A DNA stretch of 62,222 bases, counting the filler. It is 4 parts of 4 records of this genome, joined end to end, with 100 filler letters (N's around TTAATTAATTAA, not from the genome) between each part and the next. Parts side by side here need not be neighbours in the genome. Positions count along the whole stretch, not along the records: positions 49,725 to 62,222 come from SRR31156797_1748; 3 more parts are not named here. One strand, given 5' to 3'. Made by a program: the position numbers and the translations under genes. The notes under the pieces are model-generated. The model was not told where the DNA came from and ran no database searches. It saw only the letters and a program-made list of their open reading frames with translations. This document shows, piece after piece, positions 50,011 to 58,491 of this stretch; position 1 is the first letter of the stretch, and each line of letters opens with the position of its first letter.

Positions 50011-50045
50011 AAAAAAGGCCATCTAATTTTTTTAGATGACCTTTT
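50011..50045 (-). terminator. Terminator downstream of tRNA-Ala
   Basis: AAAAGGCCATCTAA...TTAGATGACCTTTT inverted repeat with A/T tails. Confidence 0.7.
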
Positions 50046-50054
50046 GTTTTTTTG

Positions 50055-50127
50055 TGGAGCTAAGGAGGATCGAACTCCTGACCTCTTGACTGCCAGTCAA
50101 GCGCTCTCCCAGCTGAGCTATAGCCCC
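50055..50127 (-). tRNA. tRNA-Ala (GGC); CCA end not encoded
   Basis: GGGGCTATAGCTCAGCTGGGAGAGCGCTTGACTGGCAGTCAAGAGGTCAGGAGTTCGATCCTCCTTAGCTCCA; cloverleaf with G3:U70 pair, followed by CAA. Confidence 0.96.
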
Positions 50128-50351
50128 GTAATGATTAATTGAGCGATTCTCTACCATGTATTAGCAGGGCCTGTCAAGATTTATTGTTTCTTTTTGAGTA
50201 GGTAAACCTTAGACGTTGCCAACTGGAAGTTCCCTTGGTAATGTGACATGTTTATTGTTGATGCCGAATAATAAAAATCTTCCCGGCATAAAAACTTCGT
50301 ACAAAATGCCGAACAGGCAGTTAAAAAAAATATTTTATAGGTGATTTCGGA

Positions 50352-51389
50352 ATGTTTTCTCCGTTTAATTTTCTTTTTGGTTGGATGTCCAATGATCTTG
50401 CAGTTGACCTTGGTACTGCCAACACTGTGCTTTATGTAAAGGGCAAAGGTATCGTGCTCCGGGAGCCTTCGGTTGTGGCTGTTCGTCGTGATCAACGTGG
50501 AAGCCGAGTGTTAGCTGTGGGAAGGGAGGCCAAGGAAATGTTGGGGAAAACTCCGGGCAACATTGCTGCTATCAGGCCAATGAAAGATGGGGTTATAGCT
50601 GATTTTGAAGTGACGGAGGCCATGCTTCGTTATTTTATTAACAAAGTGCATAATCGGAGAACCCTGGTTCATCCTCGGATTATTATTTCTGTTCCCTCTG
50701 GTATTACCCAGGTTGAAAAACGTGCGGTTCGTGAATCCGCGGAATCAGCAGGTGCCCGTGAGGTATACCTTATCGAGGAACCAATGGCCGCAGCAATTGG
50801 TGCCAATTTGCCCATTACAGAGCCGACGGCCAATATGATTATCGACATCGGGGGTGGTACAACCGAAGTCGCTGTGATTTCTCTGGCTGGTATTGTCTAT
50901 GCTAAGTCTGTGAGGGTTGCTGGAGACAAGATGGACGAATCAATTCTGCAGTACATTAAACGCAAACATAACTTGGCGATTGGTGAGCGAACCGCAGAAG
51001 AGATAAAAACAACTATTGGTAATGTTCTGCCTGAAGAACCTTACGAAACCATGGAAATCAAAGGTCGTGACCTTGTTTCCGGTATCCCCAAGACGTTGCC
51101 CATAACATCTAAGGAAATTCAGTCTGCCATTGCAGAGCAGGTTGAAGTTATCGTTGATGCTGTAAGGGTGGCTCTTGAAGTAACTCCCCCAGAACTGTCA
51201 GCAGATATTGTTGATCAGGGTATCGTTCTTACCGGCGGCGGGGCGCTGCTGAAAAATCTTGATACGTTGCTGAAGGATGAAACCGGTATGCCGATTATTG
51301 TCGCTGAAGACCCACTTTCTTCTGTTGTTCTTGGTTCTGGCCAAGCTTTGGATAATTTGGAAATTCTCCGTGAAATTGCTATTGATTGA
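50352..51389 (+). CDS. mreB: Rod shape-determining protein MreB
   Basis: [26 protein letters not shown] and LTGGGALL. Confidence 0.97.
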   Translation: MFSPFNFLFGWMSNDLAVDLGTANTVLYVKGKGIVLREPSVVAVRRDQRGSRVLAVGREAKEMLGKTPGNIAAIRPMKDGVIADFEVTEAMLRYFINKVHNRRTLVHPRIIISVPSGITQVEKRAVRESAESAGAREVYLIEEPMAAAIGANLPITEPTANMIIDIGGGTTEVAVISLAGIVYAKSVRVAGDKMDESILQYIKRKHNLAIGERTAEEIKTTIGNVLPEEPYETMEIKGRDLVSGIPKTLPITSKEIQSAIAEQVEVIVDAVRVALEVTPPELSADIVDQGIVLTGGGALLKNLDTLLKDETGMPIIVAEDPLSSVVLGSGQALDNLEILREIAID

Positions 51390-51439
51390 TCTGCAGTACT
51401 CTCAATAGTTGCGAAGCATATAAATCGGTTGCTGCCTGT

Positions 51440-51465
51440 AACCTGCTGCAAGAGGCAGGTTTTTT
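51440..51465 (+). terminator. Hairpin plus T run between mreB and mreC
   Basis: AACCTGC-N8-GCAGGTT followed by TTTT. Confidence 0.5.
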
Positions 51466-51543
51466 GGACGTGATCAGATATAAAGTTTGTATTGATAGCC
51501 GACCTGCTCTCAGTGATGAGTGACAGGCGTTCTCCTCTCTCCA

Positions 51544-52398
51544 ATGCGTAAAAAAAGTACAAGGAAATCAAGCAGCCGCTTTCGGTTATTCAGGTTGGTT
51601 ATTTTTGCCGGCTTGATTATGACCTTAGCTTTTATATTTTTGGTGTCTACCTTGGGCAATCAGAAGTTTGGTGGATTGCATAAACTTGTCCTTGAAACGA
51701 CAGGACCCGTTCAGGAGGTAGTCACCTCGGGAGTGACGTACCTATTGTCTTTTAAGCAGGGGTACCTTGAAGTGCTCGGTGTCCGGGAAGAAAACAAGCG
51801 GCTTTGGAAAGAGTTAAAAGAATGTCGGGCCTTGCTGCACAAGAGTCGGGAAGCCATGGCAATTAATGCCCGATTAAAGAAGCTGCTTGCTTTTAAGGAT
51901 GCATCTGAATTTCCGGTTGTTACTGCCTCTGTTATAGGGAAGGATCCATCGATGTGGTTTCGTTCTCTTATTATTGATGCGGGGACTAACAGCGGGGTGG
52001 TTAAAGGAAGCCCCGTGGTAAATAGTGAGGGGATTATTGGTCAGGTGATTACCGCTTCTCCCGGCTACTCAAAAGTGTTGCTGGCCATTGCCCCCTCAAG
52101 TGCGATCGATGTTTTATTGCAGAAATCTCGTGTTCGCGGTGTTCTTAAAGGGTCTGGTAAGTTGACATATCGGCTTGAGTATGTGTTGAAAACTGTTGAG
52201 ATTGAAGAAGGGGACGTAGTTGTCACCGCAGGCTACGGTGGGATGTTTCCCACTGGTATGCCGGTTGGAGTGGTCTCAAAAGTAATCCGCAAACGACGCG
52301 GTATGTTCCACGAAATTGAAGTGACTCCTTCTGTTGATTATAAAACACTTGAAAATGTATTTGTTCTTCAGCGCAACGAATCGGCTGTGGTCGATTAG
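51544..52398 (+). CDS. mreC: Rod shape-determining protein MreC
   Basis: TM, coiled coil (EENKRL), IIDAG...GV, VVTAGYGGMFPTG; start moved to ATG 51544. Confidence 0.93.
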   Translation: MRKKSTRKSSSRFRLFRLVIFAGLIMTLAFIFLVSTLGNQKFGGLHKLVLETTGPVQEVVTSGVTYLLSFKQGYLEVLGVREENKRLWKELKECRALLHKSREAMAINARLKKLLAFKDASEFPVVTASVIGKDPSMWFRSLIIDAGTNSGVVKGSPVVNSEGIIGQVITASPGYSKVLLAIAPSSAIDVLLQKSRVRGVLKGSGKLTYRLEYVLKTVEIEEGDVVVTAGYGGMFPTGMPVGVVSKVIRKRRGMFHEIEVTPSVDYKTLENVFVLQRNESAVVD

Positions 52399-52482
52399 GC
52401 TCCTGCAACCTTCCCTGTTTCCTGTTTTTAGGCTGCGGGAAAGTGCTTCAGGGCTGCAATAAAGGTAAGGAGGGGCGCAACA

Positions 52483-53019
52483 ATGATTGTTATCGGTTTT
52501 ACCGTGCTTGGTGTGCTGCTGGTTGTTCTGCAGACCAGTGTCTGCATGATGCACCCGGTCTGGCTACTTGCTCCTGATTTTTATTACATTTTGGTAGCCT
52601 ATCTGGCCTACCGTCTTGATCTGTTACGGAGCTTGATCATCCTTTTCTTTCTCGGGTGTGTTTTAGATGTTTTTTCTGGAACTATCCTGGGGATGTATTC
52701 TTTGCTCTGTTTCAGCGCCTTTTTTCTCCTGCGGTTTGCTGCCCAAAAAATGCCGGTGAGTGAGTCTCTTTACCAGGTGCCGCTGATAGGCGTCAGTTAT
52801 CTGGTCATATCGTGGATAGCCTATATTCTGGTATCGATTTTTGAACCTGGAACGCTGGTGGAGTGGTATTGGTGGAAGATGATGGTCCGGACTGGTTTGG
52901 TCGTGGTTTTTGCCTATCCCTTGTTTCGCTTTTTTGGATATACCCATCACTGGTTAGGTAAAGGTCTCTTTGCCTGGAAAAAAGTTAGGGTGCGGACCGA
53001 TAATAGATACCGGAGCTAG
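52483..53019 (+). CDS. mreD: Rod shape-determining protein MreD
   Basis: Five-TM protein with PD and LDVFSGTILG motifs, between mreC and mrdA. Confidence 0.88.
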   Translation: MIVIGFTVLGVLLVVLQTSVCMMHPVWLLAPDFYYILVAYLAYRLDLLRSLIILFFLGCVLDVFSGTILGMYSLLCFSAFFLLRFAAQKMPVSESLYQVPLIGVSYLVISWIAYILVSIFEPGTLVEWYWWKMMVRTGLVVVFAYPLFRFFGYTHHWLGKGLFAWKKVRVRTDNRYRS

Positions 53020-53163
53020 TCGGTGCCCGCTCATAAATGGTATTTAGGTATAGCGACGTTATGCTTGAAAATTTCTCCATGAAGGTTAGTAAAGACGGCG
53101 GGCAGTCGTACCCCGATATCGTCTAAATGCCTGTGGTAAAATTTTTCACGTGCCTCCTAGGCA

Positions 53164-53206
53164 TCGCTTACCCGGAGTCGTCGCTTACCCGGAGTCGTCG
53201 CTTACC
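53164..53206 (+). repeat. Tandem repeat, 2.5 copies of 17-bp TCGCTTACCCGGAGTCG
   Basis: Exact copies at 53164-53180 and 53181-53197, partial copy at 53198-53206. Confidence 0.9.
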
Positions 53207-53273
53207 TATTCTTAAAAAAAACTCATTTCTGTACAGACGCTAGGTTGAAAATGCATCGCTGTTGTAAGGTACT

Positions 53274-55307
53274 ATGAAAAATATCAGACGGAAAAATCGT
53301 CGGCGCCCAGAGCCGATGCTTGCTGCGGAACGCAAAAAAGACCCTGGGGTTACCAAGTTGACCCCTCGTGATGATAACGAGCTTGACGGGTATAAAAAAC
53401 GGGCTCTTTATGCTGCTTTTGTCCTTCTTTTCTTCTTTGCCATTATTGTGAGTCGATTGTGGTTTCTCCAAATGCAAAAAGGCGAATATTACCGAAATCT
53501 TGCAGATTCAAATCGGGTCCGTTATTTGGAGGTAGCTGCCCCTCGGGGAAATGTTGTGGATCGCTATGGGCGGGAGATTGTGACGAACCGCCCTTCATTT
53601 AATGTGGTTTGGGTTCGGGAAGATAACAAGATTGATGATGAATGGTTGAAAAAAATCACCAAGATTTTGGATATTGATGTTTCTGAAGTGCTGGAAAAAA
53701 TTAGAAAGATGGCCCACAATCCCGGCCATATTCCAGTTCGTCTGGCAGAGGACATTGATTGGGAAACGGTAGCCAAAATCGAGAACAACCGCATGGATTT
53801 ACCGGGAATAAAGATTGAAGTGGTTCCGCTTCGGGTCTATCACTGGGGAAATCATGCATCGCATTTGATCGGCTACCTTGCTGAAATTAACAAAAAAGAT
53901 CTTGCCGCTTCTGAGCCGGGGGTATACCGAGGCGGTGATTTGGTAGGGAAGATGGGATTGGAGAGGCTGCGTGAAAAAGACCTCCGCGGTGAAAAGGGCA
54001 GGAATTACATGGAAGTTAATGCCCTTGGGTTTGAACAGAAGAACTTGAAAGGTATTGAGCCGCTGCCAGGCAATGATTTGCGGTTAACCCTGGATATGGA
54101 ACTGCAGAAAGCAGCAGAAGAGATCATGGATGAGCAGGATTATGCAGGCGCTGTTGTTGCGCTGGAAGCAAATTCCGGTCGGCTGCTGGTTCTTGCCAGT
54201 GCTCCAGCTTTGCACCTTGATGAATTTGTAGGGGGAATTTCGCATAAAGCCTGGAACGCGATGCTGGATAACCCGCACCACCCTCTGGTTAATAAGCTGG
54301 TACAGGGACAATATCCTCCAGGTTCTACGTATAAGCCTATCACCGCTGTTGCTGGGTTGGCTGAAGGGGTTATTACCCCGGATTCTGTTATTTACTGTCC
54401 TGGATATTATCGCTTCGGTAACAGGACGTACCGTTGCTGGAAGCGAGGAGGCCATGGAGCTGTAAACCTGAAGCGGGCGCTGTCAGAATCCTGTGATGTC
54501 TATTTCTACCAGGTCGGACAACGCCTTGGAGTTGACAGGCTGGCAAAGTATGCCAAATTGTTTGGTTTTGGAAAGCGGACCGGGGTTGAGATGGAGCATG
54601 AAAAAGCAGGGCTTGTCCCCACTGCTGGCTGGAAAAAGAAGCGGTTTGGGAAATCATGGCAGGAGGGGGAAACACTCTCCATCGCTATCGGCCAAGGGTT
54701 TAACTTGGTAACTCCTGTGCAGTTGGCCCTGATGACGGCTGCCCTTGCTAATGGCGGAACGTTGTATAAGCCCTCTCTTGTGGAAGAAGTAAAAGATCCT
54801 GATGGGCACGTTATAGAATCGTTTAAGCCGGTGGTGCTGGAAAGGCTCAAGGGACAAGGGAGAAATCTGAAGCTTGTCCGGGAGGGGCTGGTAGAGGCTG
54901 TAAACGGAAAGCGAGGTACCGGCAGAAGGGCAAGAGTGTCGGATAAAAATATTGTGGTAGGTGGTAAAACCGGTACAGCACAGGTGGTACGCCTTAAGCA
55001 ATACATTCATCTCAAGGAAAAGGATATTCCTTATAAATACAGAGATCATGCACTCTTTATCTGCTTTGCTCCAGCGGAAAACCCTGAGATTGTTGTTGCC
55101 GTGGTGGTGGAGCACGGTCTGCATGGCGGCAGTGCAGCTGCACCTGTAGCCAGAGCGGTGTTAGATAAATATTTTACCGCAAAGTATTCACCAGATGATA
55201 TTGAAACGGTCGTTATCCCGCAGAGTATGCTGGAGGGAAACAGTCCGTTGCTTGTCAATGATATTGCCGGAGGCATACTTCGGCAGCAAACTCAAGTGGT
55301 ACGGTAA
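53274..55307 (+). CDS. mrdA: Penicillin-binding protein 2
   Basis: APRG, STYK (SxxK), SCD (SxN-like) and KTGTAQ. Confidence 0.95.
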   Translation: MKNIRRKNRRRPEPMLAAERKKDPGVTKLTPRDDNELDGYKKRALYAAFVLLFFFAIIVSRLWFLQMQKGEYYRNLADSNRVRYLEVAAPRGNVVDRYGREIVTNRPSFNVVWVREDNKIDDEWLKKITKILDIDVSEVLEKIRKMAHNPGHIPVRLAEDIDWETVAKIENNRMDLPGIKIEVVPLRVYHWGNHASHLIGYLAEINKKDLAASEPGVYRGGDLVGKMGLERLREKDLRGEKGRNYMEVNALGFEQKNLKGIEPLPGNDLRLTLDMELQKAAEEIMDEQDYAGAVVALEANSGRLLVLASAPALHLDEFVGGISHKAWNAMLDNPHHPLVNKLVQGQYPPGSTYKPITAVAGLAEGVITPDSVIYCPGYYRFGNRTYRCWKRGGHGAVNLKRALSESCDVYFYQVGQRLGVDRLAKYAKLFGFGKRTGVEMEHEKAGLVPTAGWKKKRFGKSWQEGETLSIAIGQGFNLVTPVQLALMTAALANGGTLYKPSLVEEVKDPDGHVIESFKPVVLERLKGQGRNLKLVREGLVEAVNGKRGTGRRARVSDKNIVVGGKTGTAQVVRLKQYIHLKEKDIPYKYRDHALFICFAPAENPEIVVAVVVEHGLHGGSAAAPVARAVLDKYFTAKYSPDDIETVVIPQSMLEGNSPLLVNDIAGGILRQQTQVVR

Positions 55308-55313
55308 GAGCCC

Positions 55314-56423
55314 ATGTTACGTTTTGACCGTCGATTAATTCTTCATTTTGACTGGGTGATGCTGCTCATGTTGGTTTTGGTATCCGGCATGGCACTCGCT
55401 AATCTCTACAGCTCCACTTGGAGTGGAAGCGGGAGTGCTTCTCCTGTCTTTTTTAAGCAGCTCTATCTGTTTGTTGCTGCTTTGTTTTTGATTCTTATTT
55501 TTATTTCGGTCAATTATATTGAACTGGCAACCTTTGGTTACCTTATGTACGGCGGAGTGGTCATTTTATTGCTATATACCACTTTGTTTGTGGACACCAT
55601 TGCCGGAACCCAGCGTTGGATAAATCTTGGTTTTTTCAAACTACAGCCGTCTGAACCAGCAAAGTTGACCTTGGTGCTCGTCCTTGCCTCCTGTTACTCC
55701 AAAGGTGAGGTCCGTGACGGCTATCGCATCCGTGATCTGATTAAGCCTGGCATTCTTACGGCTATTCCTTTTGTTCTTATTTTGATTCAGCCAGATCTAG
55801 GTACAGCGCTGATGCTGGGCATTCTTTTTGTTTCGATGACCCTGTTTGTCAAATTACGCTGGTCAACAGTCGGCATTCTTGGCGGCACAGGGATGGCGTG
55901 TGTCTTGTTTGGGTGGAAGTTTTTACTCAAAGATTACCAACGACGGCGTATTGAAACCTTCCTTAATCCTGAAGGTGACCCCATGAATCACGGGTACCAG
56001 ATTATGCAGTCAAAGATTGCGGTTGGAAGTGGAAAAACCTTTGGCAAGGGCTTTATGGAGGGGACGCAGGGGCATTTGAATTTTCTGCCGGAGCGTCATA
56101 CCGATTTTGCTTTTTCCGTATGGGGAGAAGAGTGGGGGTTTGCCGGGGCTGTCTTTTTTTTGAGTTGTTATTTCTTTCTGCTCCTCTGGGGGATTAATAT
56201 TGCCTTGAGTGCAAGGGATAAATTTGGGGTCTTACTTGCCTATGGACTGGTGATGATGATTTTTTGGCAGGCAGTTATTAATCTTTTTATGATTATGGGC
56301 TTTTTGCCGGTTGTGGGAATCCCGCTGCCTTTATTTAGTTATGGTGGTTCCTCTTTGATAACAACCATGGTTGCCATAGGCATCTTGATGAATATACGGA
56401 TGCGTCGTTTTCAGACTACCTGA
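55314..56423 (+). CDS. rodA: SEDS peptidoglycan polymerase RodA
   Basis: QPSE, QPDLGT, PERHTDF and SYGGSS. Confidence 0.95.
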   Translation: MLRFDRRLILHFDWVMLLMLVLVSGMALANLYSSTWSGSGSASPVFFKQLYLFVAALFLILIFISVNYIELATFGYLMYGGVVILLLYTTLFVDTIAGTQRWINLGFFKLQPSEPAKLTLVLVLASCYSKGEVRDGYRIRDLIKPGILTAIPFVLILIQPDLGTALMLGILFVSMTLFVKLRWSTVGILGGTGMACVLFGWKFLLKDYQRRRIETFLNPEGDPMNHGYQIMQSKIAVGSGKTFGKGFMEGTQGHLNFLPERHTDFAFSVWGEEWGFAGAVFFLSCYFFLLLWGINIALSARDKFGVLLAYGLVMMIFWQAVINLFMIMGFLPVVGIPLPLFSYGGSSLITTMVAIGILMNIRMRRFQTT

Positions 56424-56490
56424 CGTGGATGCGAGAAGGGGGAACTGGTGTCAATAGGCATCCATAATAGTTCGAAATGTAAATATTTTT

Positions 56491-57444
56491 TTATGATGCC
56501 ATTAAAACCAACTGGCGTAGTCCCTCGATAAAGAGAGGGGCAGTATTCAGCCCGCTGGTTACTTTGTAGCTCATTCCAAAGTCTTCAGCTAGTTTTCTGT
56601 ACTGGATATCAAGTTCGTACAGTGTTTCCACGTGGTCGGAAACAAAGGAAATGGGCACGATAAGCAGATGTTTACATTTGGCCTGGGCAAGTTTTTCAAT
56701 GGTGTCCGGTGTCGACGGCCCCTGCCATTCTACCGGGCCGCTTCGGCTTTGATAGCACAGGTGTCCTTTTCTTCCCGTTCTCTGCTCCAGGGCTGCGATG
56801 GTCTTTTGCAGGTCGTCCACATAGGGGTCCCCTTCTTCAATAAAGCGCACAGGCAGACTGTGTGCACTGTAAACGATTTCAACCTCTTTCCCTGCAAAGG
56901 AAAGGATGTTTTCCTCGATTTTAGCGGCAAGGCTGTCTATGTATTGGTGTTGGGTTGGCCATGAATGGATTCTTTTTATAGTGAGTTTGAGGCCTAGTTT
57001 TTTTGCGGTGCGATCAAGGTCTGAAAAAGATGAACCGCTGGTGGCTATTGAATAATGAGGGTAGAGGGGGAGCGCGATGATTTCCTGTACCCCTTCGGCA
57101 ACCAATTGAGGAAGGATCTCGTTTGCAAAGGGATGCCAGTAGCGCATGCAGGAGCGCACTGAAAAATTGCCATCTTGTGCAAGAGCTAACTCCAGAGCTG
57201 CAGCTTGCTGGTCAGTGATTTTACGAAGCGGTGATCCGCCGCCTATCTTGCGGTAGTTGAGCGCGCTTTTGGGTGCCCTTCGCCTGGCAATGAAAGCCGC
57301 GATAGGCTTTTGTAAAAATGACGGACCCAATCTGATGATTTCTCTATCAGAGAAAAGATTGTAGAGAAAGGGACGAATATCTTCAAGCTTTTCCGGGCCA
57401 CCAAGGTTTAAGAGGAGCACGCCTTTTTTATTTTGTATAGTCAT
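56491..57444 (-). CDS. hemH: Ferrochelatase
   Basis: LLNLGGPE, GGGSPL, MRYWHP, SAHSLP, YQSR and FVSDHVETLYE; start moved to ATG 57444. Confidence 0.95.
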   Translation of the reverse strand: MTIQNKKGVLLLNLGGPEKLEDIRPFLYNLFSDREIIRLGPSFLQKPIAAFIARRRAPKSALNYRKIGGGSPLRKITDQQAAALELALAQDGNFSVRSCMRYWHPFANEILPQLVAEGVQEIIALPLYPHYSIATSGSSFSDLDRTAKKLGLKLTIKRIHSWPTQHQYIDSLAAKIEENILSFAGKEVEIVYSAHSLPVRFIEEGDPYVDDLQKTIAALEQRTGRKGHLCYQSRSGPVEWQGPSTPDTIEKLAQAKCKHLLIVPISFVSDHVETLYELDIQYRKLAEDFGMSYKVTSGLNTAPLFIEGLRQLVLMAS

Positions 57445-57717
57445 AACGAAATAGTAACCAGCGTTTGGAGTACAGGTCAAGAAAATGTGATCTTACCCCT
57501 TGATTTATAAGATAAACAATGGCTATAGTCAAAGTATGGTTACTTTGTTTTCTCATACTTCCTCACCTTTCTTTTCACATCCCACATTTGTTCAATATCA
57601 TGCTATGCTCGGGGCAGCTGTCGTGCGTTTGTGTAAAAGTCTGGCAGGGAGGGAGAAACATCGACCTGTTGAGAGGCGGCATGGGGCCGCCGGCGCTATA
57701 AACAGTGGAGGGTATGT

Positions 57718-58263
57718 ATGGAACTAAAAACCGAAGCCAAAAATCTGGATATGCGAAAAGGTTGGCAGGAAAAAATTGAGGGAGAGCGCGATAAGCTCAT
57801 TCGTCATTATGCCAGTTTTGTTCATCATCTTCGCGTAACGATTGAGGCTACCCGGGGTCATAAGGAGGGGGGGTACGAGGTTCGCCTGGTCGCTTCTGTT
57901 CCTAACGACACCGTCGTTGTTAAACGTTCGGGAGAAAATGTCAGGCCACTGTTGGTTGAGGCTTTTGATGTGCTTGGGTTACGGCTCAAGGAAAAGGTGA
58001 GAAAAAAGCAAAACCACAAAGGAGCCAAGGCTGTTCATGGGGCAACAGTGGATAGCGCCGCTTCTGGAGTAATTAGAAAGCTTTTCCCCGAAGAAGCTTA
58101 TGGTTTCATAGTCACTGGTGATCAGCAGGAAATATTTTTCCATGCAGGAGCATTAAAAGATATTTCCATGAGTGATTTGTCCGAAGGCGACGCTGTAACG
58201 TTAGCCGTTGAGGAGGGCGACAAAGGCCCTCAGGCATCATGGGTGAAGAGCGCTTCAGTCTAA
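57718..58263 (+). CDS. HPF/RaiA-like ribosome-associated domain fused to a cold-shock domain
   Basis: N-terminal S30AE-like fold; C-terminal GVIRKLF..AYGFI..EIFFH...GDKGPQA (RNP1/RNP2 of CSD). Confidence 0.82.
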   Translation: MELKTEAKNLDMRKGWQEKIEGERDKLIRHYASFVHHLRVTIEATRGHKEGGYEVRLVASVPNDTVVVKRSGENVRPLLVEAFDVLGLRLKEKVRKKQNHKGAKAVHGATVDSAASGVIRKLFPEEAYGFIVTGDQQEIFFHAGALKDISMSDLSEGDAVTLAVEEGDKGPQASWVKSASV

Positions 58264-58283
58264 TAAGTATTTTCTGAATTATT

Positions 58284-58314
58284 AAGAGCCCCTGTCGTCT
58301 GGCAGGGGCTTTTT
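58284..58314 (+). terminator. Rho-independent terminator
   Basis: AGCCCCTGTC-GTCT-GGCAGGGGCT followed by TTTT. Confidence 0.8.
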
Positions 58315-58491
58315 GTTTGCCCCTATACCTGAGTTAGTTGATTTGCTCTGTTTTTGCCCGATCTCCCGAAGTCTGCGTGTACCTGATGTCGAATAACCAA
58401 ACTATTAAAGCAACAAACTCATACCTGAAACTCTGTTAAGGGTTTCTGTATCATTTATCTTTCAAACGATTTCTTCTACCAGCAAAATACC

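Noticed and set aside
53164..53206. CRISPR mini-array
   Set aside because: The 17-bp units are contiguous with no spacers, and there are no cas genes.
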